A model generated the notes under the pieces. It was not told the origin of the DNA. It made no database searches and saw only the letters and a program-made list of their open reading frames with translations. Source: a bacterium (lineage in GTDB: Bacteria > Patescibacteriota > Patescibacteriia > Patescibacteriales > UBA12465). Taken from it: a stretch of 64,000 nt of DNA. The stretch covers positions 54,529 to 118,528 of the forward strand of contig JAJZRB010000002.1 in NCBI GenBank assembly GCA_021806615.1, given 5' to 3'. Numbering within the stretch: position 1 is the stretch's first letter; each line of letters starts with the position of its first letter. Shown piece by piece: positions 18,905-27,461 of the stretch. The position numbers were made by a program, and so were the translations under genes.

Positions 18905-20056
18905 TTAGAATATCGGTGAGCTGTTCCTTCTGGCATATTTATCAGCGTATTCATTGATCAAGTCTTTGTAGACTCTGGCTACTTGTTCGCTTATTCCCTG
19001 CCAGTTGTATTCATTTCCAGCACGTTTTATCGCCAAGCTTCCCAGCCGAGCCGTTTCCTCGGGATTATCAAGGAGATATTGTAATTTTTTCGCTAAGTCA
19101 TCCGTATCGTTGACCTGGAAAGACAGGCCGGCATCTTGTATGGCTTCCAGATTTTGCGGTATATCGCTCACCAAGCAAGCTAAGCCCCAGCCCATAGCCT
19201 CCAGCAGAGCGACGGATAAGCCCTCATACTCCGATGGCTGGACGAATAGATAACTGTTAGAAAACAAAGCTTTTAGGATCAATCCTTCTTGGTTCCCGAC
19301 GAAGATTATCCGCTCGTCGCCTTCGGCTAATCGATTGAGCTTCTGTACGTAATTATCAGTATAAGATGAAGCCCCGACGATCACCAGCTTCTTGTCAGTC
19401 TTAACTTTTTTAAAAGCGCTGATCAGATGATGGACGTTCTTGTGGGGTATCAGGCGCCCGATATAAGAGATATAATTATTCCTTTCTAGGCCCCAGCGGC
19501 GGATGTCCGGACTAGCGAGCGGTCCGGAAGCTATTTGCGTGCCGTTCGGAATATAGGTTGCGGTTTTATGATAGGTTCTCTCTACGTAAGCTGTCAGGTC
19601 TTTAGAAATAGTGATTATCCTGTCAGCTAATGAACAGCCCATTTTTTCGCCCAACCGCAAATACCAGCGGGCGAACGCGCCCCATTTCTTTTGATAATAG
19701 TCCTGGCAATGGAAGGTAAAGACGACAGGAGTGAGCGGATTCAATATTTTTAAGAGCCAGATCAAAGATGCTGGACCGATGGACTGGACATTTATGATAT
19801 CAACTTTCCGGAAGCTAACGTCCAGACAGGCGAAGAAAGTGTGGGTTATCGCTTCCAGGCTTTTAGTATTCAAGCTCGGGACAGTAATTATTCTTATACC
19901 TTTATATTCTCTTATTCCCTGGCAATAATATTTTCTGGAATATAATAAGACCTCATGGCCCTGAGCCACTAGGTTAGCCGCCAGATTCTCGGCGTATCTT
20001 TCTACTCCGCCGTTTCTCGTCGGGGCTCCTTTTTGTCCGATAAAGGCTATTTTCAT
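18905..20056 (-). CDS. Glycosyltransferase family 4 (GT-B)
   Basis: MKIAFIGQKGAPTRNGGVERY... N-domain. C-domain carries the EYEGLSVALLEAMGWGLACLVSD (E-x7-E-like) motif. Confidence 0.85.
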   Translation of the reverse strand: MKIAFIGQKGAPTRNGGVERYAENLAANLVAQGHEVLLYSRKYYCQGIREYKGIRIITVPSLNTKSLEAITHTFFACLDVSFRKVDIINVQSIGPASLIWLLKILNPLTPVVFTFHCQDYYQKKWGAFARWYLRLGEKMGCSLADRIITISKDLTAYVERTYHKTATYIPNGTQIASGPLASPDIRRWGLERNNYISYIGRLIPHKNVHHLISAFKKVKTDKKLVIVGASSYTDNYVQKLNRLAEGDERIIFVGNQEGLILKALFSNSYLFVQPSEYEGLSVALLEAMGWGLACLVSDIPQNLEAIQDAGLSFQVNDTDDLAKKLQYLLDNPEETARLGSLAIKRAGNEYNWQGISEQVARVYKDLINEYADKYARRNSSPIF

Positions 20057-20064
20057 AACCAGAT

Positions 20065-20093
20065 ATTATACAATTACTTTATGTATTTGTCAA
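20065..20093 (-). promoter_or_regulatory. Consensus sigma70 promoter abutting the GT4 start codon
   Basis: Minus strand reads TTGACA, 17 nt, TATAAT, atctggtt, ATG. Only 8 nt separate the -10 from the ATG and there is no SD. Confidence 0.65.
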
Positions 20094-20177
20094 AATAGTA
20101 TCATACTATTTTATTTTTGTCAATGGTAAATAAAATTTTTTAAAAAGGCCTTAAGATTATGGTTTTTTGAATATAAA

Positions 20178-20209
20178 AAACCTCCGCTTTACATTATAAG
20201 CAGAGGTTT
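20178..20209 (-). terminator. Rho-independent terminator after the 20229-20954 gene
   Basis: 12-bp stem. The single plus-strand mismatch becomes a G-U pair in the minus-strand RNA. A U6 run follows on the minus strand only. Confidence 0.75.
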
Positions 20210-20228
20210 GGGAAATATTTGGTTGACT

Positions 20229-20954
20229 TTATTTAATGTCAATATAGTAATTCCCGACTTTTTCCATTTTACGGAATTGCCAGTAATTCCGACTGGCGCG
20301 GCTTTCTACGATACCATTATCGCTGTCTTGCAAATAACGATCTATAAGATCAGCGCTGACGAAATATCTTCCATCCTTTAGCTGGCCGACTAATCCAGAT
20401 GGGCTTTCCAGGGTGTTGGCCGCCGGAAGCCAGAAATTCCAGGAATTTTGCCTGTTATCTTCTAGATTGTCGAATTGCTCATTTGCCTCAACCGCTAATT
20501 GCGGGATCCAACGGTCTTCAAAGCCTCCCAGTCTGAAGCAAACGCGGTTAAGAGTCGCCTTGGTCCTTTCGTCGTTAGTGCCGACCGGATTTTTTACTCC
20601 GTCATCATGGATGACCGGTTGGACTTGAGATTTGACAGGACTGACGGTCGGTTGGACAGCTGCATTGTTTTTTTCTGTCGGCTGTTCCCTCTGGTCCTTG
20701 ACGACGACATCAACCGTGATGTGTCCGGAAACTCCAGATTTTTTCTTTTTCAGCGCTTCCTGAAGCTGTTTTTTCAGCAGGCTTACGGAGTCTACTGTCG
20801 GCAGTTGTTTCTTAGTCGAATCAACCGATCCGACTGCGGTTTTTGCTGGCTTATCGCTAGGTCCGTTACAGCCAATATTCTTTCCGAATATCAATATTAC
20901 TGCTAAAGCGATTACCAACAAGACGATTATTACTGTTTGCCAGTGTTTTTTCAT
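20229..20954 (-). CDS. Hypothetical N-terminally anchored protein with K/Q/P-rich linker and unknown C-terminal domain
   Basis: TM helix WQTVIIVLLVIALAVILIF. AGGAG-type SD. The start lies 22 nt downstream of the beta-barrel candidate gene. Confidence 0.6.
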   Translation of the reverse strand: MKKHWQTVIIVLLVIALAVILIFGKNIGCNGPSDKPAKTAVGSVDSTKKQLPTVDSVSLLKKQLQEALKKKKSGVSGHITVDVVVKDQREQPTEKNNAAVQPTVSPVKSQVQPVIHDDGVKNPVGTNDERTKATLNRVCFRLGGFEDRWIPQLAVEANEQFDNLEDNRQNSWNFWLPAANTLESPSGLVGQLKDGRYFVSADLIDRYLQDSDNGIVESRASRNYWQFRKMEKVGNYYIDIK

Positions 20955-20976
20955 GGCATTTACTCCTTTATAGTGA

Positions 20977-21828
20977 TTAGATCATTGAAAAATTGAGACT
21001 TATCCCTAAGAGGAATAAGCCGTTGTTTGTTTTGTATTCATTCTTATACCACCACTCTATTTTCAGCCAGTCATCCTGGCTTTTCTTGTGTAAGCCGATA
21101 CCTAATCCGATGGAGTAGAAATTATTCTTATCCCCGTATTGATACTCATAACCGAGCATCAATTTCGGACTGAGATAGAGGTTCTTGCCGCCCGGGTAAC
21201 TGATTATATTCTGCCTGGCGATTATCCGGAGATAGCTATTATCCCAGGAAGGATCATTAGTCGCTATTCCTTCCCAAGTCGCCTCCCTTTTAGAATTAAT
21301 ATTCTTTCTCCAGTTGATTTCTACTTGGCTTCTAGTCAGCCAGGTGGCACTCGCTAGGTCGTCCTTGAATAGATTAGCGTTCACGCCTATCAATAAGCCT
21401 ATATCCCTTTGATTAGAGAGATATTTCCCCTTGATACTGTGATTTTCCCCCTTCTCGTTAGAATAATCTAACCCTAAGCTGATCTCGGCCCACGAACTGT
21501 AGCTCCTGATTATTTTCGGCTTGTATGTTCCGAACGTCACTCCGAGTTCCCACTCGTCGGTACTAGCGCTGTAGCGGGACAGATTATCGCTGTAACCGGA
21601 GCGGGCGTAACTGCCGTAGAGCCCGATAGACGAATTAGAGTTACGCAGTCTATGAAAAATATTTCCGAATACTCCGCCATACTGGCCGTTGTAGTTAGTA
21701 TTTTTCTGTACTACCCATCCTCCGCCGAAAGCCGTGACACTGTAATTATTGACGAAGGGGGTTCTGTTTTGCCCTTCTAATAATCCCGTGCCGAGGATTA
21801 GCACCATGATCGCTATTATTTTTTTCAT
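20977..21828 (-). CDS. Secreted protein with outer-membrane beta-barrel-like sequence pattern
   Basis: Signal peptide MKKIIAIMVLILGTGLLEG. About 12 amphipathic alternating segments rich in G/Y/S/N (SIGLYGSYARSGY, EWELGVTFGTY, WAEISLGLDYS, LYLSPKLMLGYEYQY, FYSIGLGIGL, LFLLGISLNFSMI). Strong AGGAGG SD. Confidence 0.6.
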   Translation of the reverse strand: MKKIIAIMVLILGTGLLEGQNRTPFVNNYSVTAFGGGWVVQKNTNYNGQYGGVFGNIFHRLRNSNSSIGLYGSYARSGYSDNLSRYSASTDEWELGVTFGTYKPKIIRSYSSWAEISLGLDYSNEKGENHSIKGKYLSNQRDIGLLIGVNANLFKDDLASATWLTRSQVEINWRKNINSKREATWEGIATNDPSWDNSYLRIIARQNIISYPGGKNLYLSPKLMLGYEYQYGDKNNFYSIGLGIGLHKKSQDDWLKIEWWYKNEYKTNNGLFLLGISLNFSMI

Positions 21829-21892
21829 TATGAATTCCTCCTTTAGGAATTATTTGTTAAAAAAACTTTAATAATTTATGTGAATTTATTAA

Positions 21893-22642
21893 TTACTTGA
21901 AAACATTGCCGATATTCCCTTGGCGCGGCCGGCTTTCCGCCTCGTCATTTACGGGGTAATAATCCAATTTCACGGCGTGTCCGATATTCTTGATCTTTTT
22001 CATCTTCCTTTTCGGCCATAGGCGCAGGTCGTAGCGGTCTTCGGGGAAAAGATAAATATAGAATAGCGACAAGATAAGGCTAGCGACTAAAGCGATTACT
22101 AGATTCTGGGGAAGGTTCGGCCTTACCGGATAGTTGGAAACGAGAGGCTGATCGATGACATTTATCTTTATGCCCGAACCATTGCCCTGATAATTGGAAT
22201 TCTTATTGATCATTATATCGTTGACGGCCAGAGCTATCTGCCGCGCCTGGTAGGGGTTGGGGTGATAGATATTTATTTCAATTATTCCCGTATCGCTCAG
22301 AGTCTTGGTTCGGATGGTTTTTTCCCAGATCTTCATCTGTCCGTTATAATCTCCAGAGAAATAATTCTTATCAATATCATAGGGAGAAGCGAGTACGAGA
22401 TTATAAAAAGAGCCGGAATAAGCGACTTGAGCGAAAAGATTACCGAGGTATTCATTGGATTTGGAAACGGTATAAGGATCGCTGCCGGTGGTGTTCTGGA
22501 CGACTAACAAGCGCGACGTCGCCCCGTACTTTAACGGGCCGATAAGTGATACGCCTACGGTCAAGACGATAATCACAAAAATAATAGTGAATATCGTTCC
22601 CCGCTTCCTTCCTAATAGTCTGATAAAGTTGCCGAACTCCAT
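21893..22642 (-). CDS. Wzz/CpsC/YveK-like polysaccharide chain-length determinant (PCP) protein
   Basis: N-terminal TM (IFTIIFVIIVLTVGVSLIG) followed by KYGATSRLLVVQ. A Pro-rich segment and second TM lie at the C-terminus (VRPNLPQNLVIALVASLILSLFYIYLF). Confidence 0.7.
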   Translation of the reverse strand: MEFGNFIRLLGRKRGTIFTIIFVIIVLTVGVSLIGPLKYGATSRLLVVQNTTGSDPYTVSKSNEYLGNLFAQVAYSGSFYNLVLASPYDIDKNYFSGDYNGQMKIWEKTIRTKTLSDTGIIEINIYHPNPYQARQIALAVNDIMINKNSNYQGNGSGIKINVIDQPLVSNYPVRPNLPQNLVIALVASLILSLFYIYLFPEDRYDLRLWPKRKMKKIKNIGHAVKLDYYPVNDEAESRPRQGNIGNVFK

Positions 22643-22687
22643 AATATAAGCTTTAAATAGAATATTAAAGTGTATTATAAATACATT

Positions 22688-22715
22688 TATTTGTCAAGGA
22701 CTATCTTGACAAATA
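22688..22715. promoter_or_regulatory. 11-bp-arm palindrome carrying back-to-back TTGACA hexamers in a divergent intergenic region
   Basis: tatttgtcaag, gactat, cttgacaaata. On the plus strand TTGACA (22706-22711), 17 nt, then TAAGAT (22729-22734). Confidence 0.5.
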
Positions 22716-22818
22716 TTGGTTTATAAATTAAGATTTAATGAATATTTATTAGGAGATACTTAGAAATAATGCATTTTTTATTAGATTTTATACTAATATT
22801 AAATAGAAATTAAATATT

Positions 22819-24090
22819 ATGAAGAAAGCTGTCTTTTTAATATTAGCGGTTTTATTGGCTATCTTTGGCGTCGTAAATTCTAGCCGCAGCCAGTTAAAAT
22901 CCTATTATTCCGGTGATGCTATTAATTTTAATGGCAGTCTTTATATCAGTACTACGAATACTGACAGCTTAGAGGTCTTTAAACTGGCGGATAATAATTT
23001 GAAGCAAGTAGCTAAAGTCCGCCCTTACGACGGGCACCTCAATACCTATGATAATTTTTATGACTCGAAATTCATCATAGAAAACGGACATTTATATCTT
23101 TACGCTATCAGCGGCTTTACTTTATATAAGTACGAAATCATTAATGGCAATCAGCTGAGTCTCGTCGTCAGCCAGAAGAATACTTATTGGGAATGGTATA
23201 ACCACGTGGATAAATTCGGAGATAATCTGATAACGACCAGCCGGCAAGGAGCCAAGATCTGGAGCGCTGATCTGCAAGTAATAACCGATTATCCTCTGGT
23301 TGATTTGGAAAATCCCTATAATGTCCGGGCCTATAATAATTACGACATTTTAAATCTGCAGAATAATTACCTGACGGTCTATGACCGCGCGACGCGCAGC
23401 GAAACCAGGCGCATCCCGGTGAATTATAAGAAGCCATCCGATAATCATCTGGCGTATCAGGATGAAAACAATAATCTATATGTCGTTGATGATTATTACG
23501 CGAAAAAGTTTAATCCCGACGGCCAGCTAGTCGGCAGCTTTAAGCATTTAGATTACCCCGGTTACGATGTCGCTTCTTCCGGCCGCAATAATTACTTGTA
23601 TTTTTCTAATGGCATCGGCGTTGTCAAGCTGAATAGAGATAATATGAAGCTGGCCGCCTATAGATTCACGAATAATCTGAACGGGCCGCGCGGTTGGGCG
23701 ATGGGTTTGCGCGCCGTCGATGTCAGCGGCGATAAAATCGTTGTTTTCAATAATGCTAATATCCTGGTCCTGGACGCTAATCTTAATAAGATCGCCGCTT
23801 TCCAAGCGACGGAATTATCCGACGAAACTAGCGCGGAAAACTTATTTTTGAATCTTGACCACGCCGTCGGAGCTTCTGGCGCTAAGGTCGTCTTGACGGG
23901 CGGCGGCTATTTCCCAAATGAGACTCTTAATATAGATTTCGGCGGAACAAAAAGCACGGCTCAGGCTGACGTGCGCGGCCGTTTCACCGCTAATCTGACC
24001 GTTCCCGGCTTGGAATCTAAGGCGGTTGATATAAAAGTGATCGGCGCTTCTTCCGGATTAAGCTATAGTATTTCTTTCCGGATCCAGTAA
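22819..24090 (+). CDS. Secreted protein, beta-propeller-like body plus C-terminal Ig-like domain, function unknown
   Basis: Signal peptide MKKAVFLILAVLLAIFGVVNS. Repeated Y/N/D-rich beta segments. The last roughly 90 aa (VVLTGGGYFPNETLNIDFGG...) look like an Ig/TIG-type fold. Confidence 0.65.
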   Translation: MKKAVFLILAVLLAIFGVVNSSRSQLKSYYSGDAINFNGSLYISTTNTDSLEVFKLADNNLKQVAKVRPYDGHLNTYDNFYDSKFIIENGHLYLYAISGFTLYKYEIINGNQLSLVVSQKNTYWEWYNHVDKFGDNLITTSRQGAKIWSADLQVITDYPLVDLENPYNVRAYNNYDILNLQNNYLTVYDRATRSETRRIPVNYKKPSDNHLAYQDENNNLYVVDDYYAKKFNPDGQLVGSFKHLDYPGYDVASSGRNNYLYFSNGIGVVKLNRDNMKLAAYRFTNNLNGPRGWAMGLRAVDVSGDKIVVFNNANILVLDANLNKIAAFQATELSDETSAENLFLNLDHAVGASGAKVVLTGGGYFPNETLNIDFGGTKSTAQADVRGRFTANLTVPGLESKAVDIKVIGASSGLSYSISFRIQ

Positions 24091-24104
24091 GAGATTTAAA
24101 ATCT

Positions 24105-25088
24105 ATGAAAGGATTAAAGCCGCGGGATGCGACTATCGCTATTACCTATCAGTGTAATTCTCGCTGCCAGATGTGCAGCATCTGGCAGATTTCCGATCCA
24201 GCCAGCTTACCGCTGGATTTTTTTGATAATTTGAGTCCGAATTTGAAATATATCAATATTTCCGGCGGCGAGCCCTTCCTCTCTCCGAATCTGCCGGAAA
24301 TCATTTCTCGAGTCAAGAAAGCCTGCCCGCGCGCCCAGATAATCATTTCTTCCAACGGCTACGCGAGCGATTTGATCTGCCGGCAGATGTCCGAAATCCT
24401 AAAGATAGATCCGCAAGTCGGAGTCCGGGTGTCCCTAGACGGCATCGGCGAGACCCATAACCAGGTTAGGGGTTATGCTGATTTCTTTGCCAGGGTAATG
24501 GCTACGATCAACCGCCTCCAGGCGATGAACGTAGAGAATCTCGGTTTCAGCTTCACGATTATGGATTCCAATATAGACGACTTGGCGAAAGTCTATGATC
24601 TTTCCCGTGAGAAGAATATCCAGCTGGCTCTGGCCCTCGTACAGAACTCCGAGATATATTTCCATAAAAGCACTAATCGTCTAGCATCGGTAGAGCGCAT
24701 TGCCTCAGCCCTGGATTATATAATCAGGAAAGAATTGGCTGGTTGGAATTTGAAACGCTGGCTCCGGGCTTACTATGATTACGGTTTAAAATATAATCTC
24801 CTGACCGGCCGGAGGCTCATGCCTAGCGGCGCCGCCTTTGATTCCCTCTTCATCGATCCAAGCGGCGATATTTATCCGAGTAATTTAATAGACTTAAAAA
24901 TCGGCAATTTAAAAGATGGGGCCCTGGATAAGATCTGGGCTAGTCCCATGGCGGACAAAGTCCGGGAACGGATCATAAAGCAGAAGATTACCGAGAGCTG
25001 GATAATCTGCACGATTAGAGGTGAAATGAAAAAGCGTCTGCCGCAAGTAGCTTGGTGGATAATTAAGAATAAGCTTTATCCGAGATAA
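24105..25088 (+). CDS. Radical SAM enzyme
   Basis: CNSRCQMC (CxxxCxxC) cluster motif near the N-terminus, plus SGGEPFL. No second Cys-rich (SPASM-type) region is visible. Confidence 0.85.
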   Translation: MKGLKPRDATIAITYQCNSRCQMCSIWQISDPASLPLDFFDNLSPNLKYINISGGEPFLSPNLPEIISRVKKACPRAQIIISSNGYASDLICRQMSEILKIDPQVGVRVSLDGIGETHNQVRGYADFFARVMATINRLQAMNVENLGFSFTIMDSNIDDLAKVYDLSREKNIQLALALVQNSEIYFHKSTNRLASVERIASALDYIIRKELAGWNLKRWLRAYYDYGLKYNLLTGRRLMPSGAAFDSLFIDPSGDIYPSNLIDLKIGNLKDGALDKIWASPMADKVRERIIKQKITESWIICTIRGEMKKRLPQVAWWIIKNKLYPR

Positions 25089-25117
25089 GCTTAGCCATTT
25101 GATAAAAACCCCGATTT

Positions 25118-26341
25118 TTAATCGGGGTTTTTTATTAATTGGCGGTAAGTCCTGATGATTTCTTCTAGATTTTTTCGCGGTGAAAATCGCGATGATGTTT
25201 CCTGCGCCGCCCGGCTAATGGCCGTTCGATCGATATCGGCCAGGCGTTTTATCTGCCGGGTTAAGTCCTCGGAATCGCCCGGTCGGAATAGCAAGCCGTT
25301 CTCGCCGTCCTTGATTATTTCTGGCAGGCCGCCGATTCGGGAAGCGATCACTATCTTGCCTAGGCTGAGCGCCTCCAGCAGGCTTAGAGGCATGTTTTCC
25401 GCCCAGATGGAAGGAATGACGACCGCCTCTGCTTCAGCCAACAGCAGCCTGAGACGTTCAGAGTCCTGGAAGCTTAGGAATTCCACCGGCGCCTTTAATT
25501 TTTCAGCCAATCTTCTTAGCGTTCGCTCATGCGGCCCGCTCCCGGCTATAATAGTCTTTTTTGAAGATAAAGCAGCCGCACGGATCAGTATTTCTAGGCC
25601 TTTTTCTGCAGTAAGACGTCCGAAATAAAGAAGATAATCTTTAAGCTCGCGTTTTTCCGAAGGATATTCCGCCAGCTCCCGGCTATAAGGGTTGTAAATC
25701 ACCTGTATTTTTTCGGCCTCCTGGCCGAATCTGACCATGGTTCTCTTCATGAATTCGCTAGGCGCGATAAAGAGCTGGATATTTTTTTCGTAGATTTTCA
25801 AGATTGAGTGATGCAGATACATTTCTACGGTCGCTAGAGCGCTCCCGGCCAAAGAATCTTTGACACAGCGGTTGAGAAGACATTTATAGTATCGGCCGCG
25901 GGCGCATTGCTCGCAACTGGCACCCTTCATGAAAAGCGATTGGTTCGGACAGATGAGCTTGTAGTCATGAAGGTGCATGACTACCGGTATGCCCTGCTTT
26001 CTAGCCACCGGCAGGATAGATGGTGAAATATGGTGGTAGATATTATGTATATGGATGATATCCGGCTTGAAGTCGCGAAGCAGTTCGGTGAATTTTATCT
26101 TAGCTTCCCGGCTGTAAAGGACCCGCTCCGGCGTCTTAAGGCGGTCTTTCAGGCTCATTTTATTGAAACTTATCCGGGAGACGAAATAACGGCTCCAAGG
26201 GCTCAGCTGGTTTTTCGGGTGATCCATGGAGAAGACGGCCACTTCATGCCCTTCATTTTCTAGGGCTCGCGTCAGATCGAGGAAATAACGTTCGGCTCCG
26301 CCCCGTAAGTAATAAAATTGGTTAACTTGCAGGATTTTCAT
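25118..26341 (-). CDS. Glycosyltransferase family 4
   Basis: MKILQVNQFYYLRGGAERY N-domain. C-domain AENMPLSLLEALSLGKIVIASRIGGLPE. Confidence 0.85.
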   Translation of the reverse strand: MKILQVNQFYYLRGGAERYFLDLTRALENEGHEVAVFSMDHPKNQLSPWSRYFVSRISFNKMSLKDRLKTPERVLYSREAKIKFTELLRDFKPDIIHIHNIYHHISPSILPVARKQGIPVVMHLHDYKLICPNQSLFMKGASCEQCARGRYYKCLLNRCVKDSLAGSALATVEMYLHHSILKIYEKNIQLFIAPSEFMKRTMVRFGQEAEKIQVIYNPYSRELAEYPSEKRELKDYLLYFGRLTAEKGLEILIRAAALSSKKTIIAGSGPHERTLRRLAEKLKAPVEFLSFQDSERLRLLLAEAEAVVIPSIWAENMPLSLLEALSLGKIVIASRIGGLPEIIKDGENGLLFRPGDSEDLTRQIKRLADIDRTAISRAAQETSSRFSPRKNLEEIIRTYRQLIKNPD

Positions 26342-26345
26342 GTTC

Positions 26346-27461
26346 TTATAGGATTATTATGGCGTTAGCTAGCAGTCTTTGATACCAATCTTCGTAGTCG
26401 GCAGCAATTTTTTTGATATCGAATCGGCCGATGATCTTAGTTTGTAAATTTTTAATTTTTTCTTGGACTTCCGGCTGGTCTAAATTAACGGCCAGCCAGC
26501 TTATCTTAGCGGCTAAAGCTTCCGCGTCTCCGGCCGGAACGAGCCAGCCGGTCTGTTCATCGATGATCTCTGTAATTCCGCCTTCGGCTGAGGCGATTAT
26601 CGGAAGGCCGGCCAATCCGGCTTCTAACAAGACCAGGCCGAGACCTTCCCAGAGCGAGGGGAAAACGAAGGCGTCTAGAGACTCGAGCCAGCCAGCCGAG
26701 TCAGACACTGGTCCGACCAGATTTATTTTATCCGTCAAGCCATAGTATCTTATTCTTTCATCCAGCTCTTTTTCCAAGGGTCCGACGCCGGCGATGAGAC
26801 AGCGTATATCTTTATCCTTTAATCTGCGCCAAGCGGAAATAAGGACGAACTGCCCCTTCTGCGGCGCCAGGCGCCCCATAGTCCCGAAGGTGAGCGTACT
26901 GGCGATATTGTTTTTCCTTATCTTTCTACTGTTAAATTTTTGGATATTTATTCCATTATAGATAATAGCCAGCTTATCCGGCGCCAGACGATAGCGTTTT
27001 ATGGCGTCAATCTTGACCGCTTCGGAAATGGCGAAGATCTTAGCGGCCCATCGAGCGGTCAATCTCTTTAAGGCAGTAACGGCCGGAGTTTCATCCTGGT
27101 TGATATTCTGTTCCGTGGAGACGATAACCGGGATTCTCAGCAGTTTGGCCGCCAGCCGTCCGTAAATATCCCCGCCTTGCTGCGTATGGACTATATCCGG
27201 ACGTGTTTTCCTTAAAGCCGAATATATCTGCCAAAAATTTATCAGGTCTAATTTATGTCTTTTTTCCAGGATGATAGTCGGAATGTCATTAGCCTCTAAT
27301 TCCGAGAGCCATTCCCCGCCTCGGACGAATAAAAGCAAGGTGGGAGAGAAGATCTCCCGGTTTAGGTTCAGGATGAGATCGGTTATGAATCTTTCCGCCC
27401 CGCCTTTATCCAGACTCGGCAGGACGTACGCTATCTTAATTTTTGTTTTCTTGTCTGTCAT
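26346..27461 (-). CDS. Glycosyltransferase family 4
   Basis: KIAYVLPSLDKGGAERF N-domain. C-domain WEGLGLVLLEAGLAGLPIIASAEGG. Separated by 4 nt from the downstream GT and overlaps the upstream gene by 26 nt. Confidence 0.85.
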   Translation of the reverse strand: MTDKKTKIKIAYVLPSLDKGGAERFITDLILNLNREIFSPTLLLFVRGGEWLSELEANDIPTIILEKRHKLDLINFWQIYSALRKTRPDIVHTQQGGDIYGRLAAKLLRIPVIVSTEQNINQDETPAVTALKRLTARWAAKIFAISEAVKIDAIKRYRLAPDKLAIIYNGINIQKFNSRKIRKNNIASTLTFGTMGRLAPQKGQFVLISAWRRLKDKDIRCLIAGVGPLEKELDERIRYYGLTDKINLVGPVSDSAGWLESLDAFVFPSLWEGLGLVLLEAGLAGLPIIASAEGGITEIIDEQTGWLVPAGDAEALAAKISWLAVNLDQPEVQEKIKNLQTKIIGRFDIKKIAADYEDWYQRLLANAIIIL

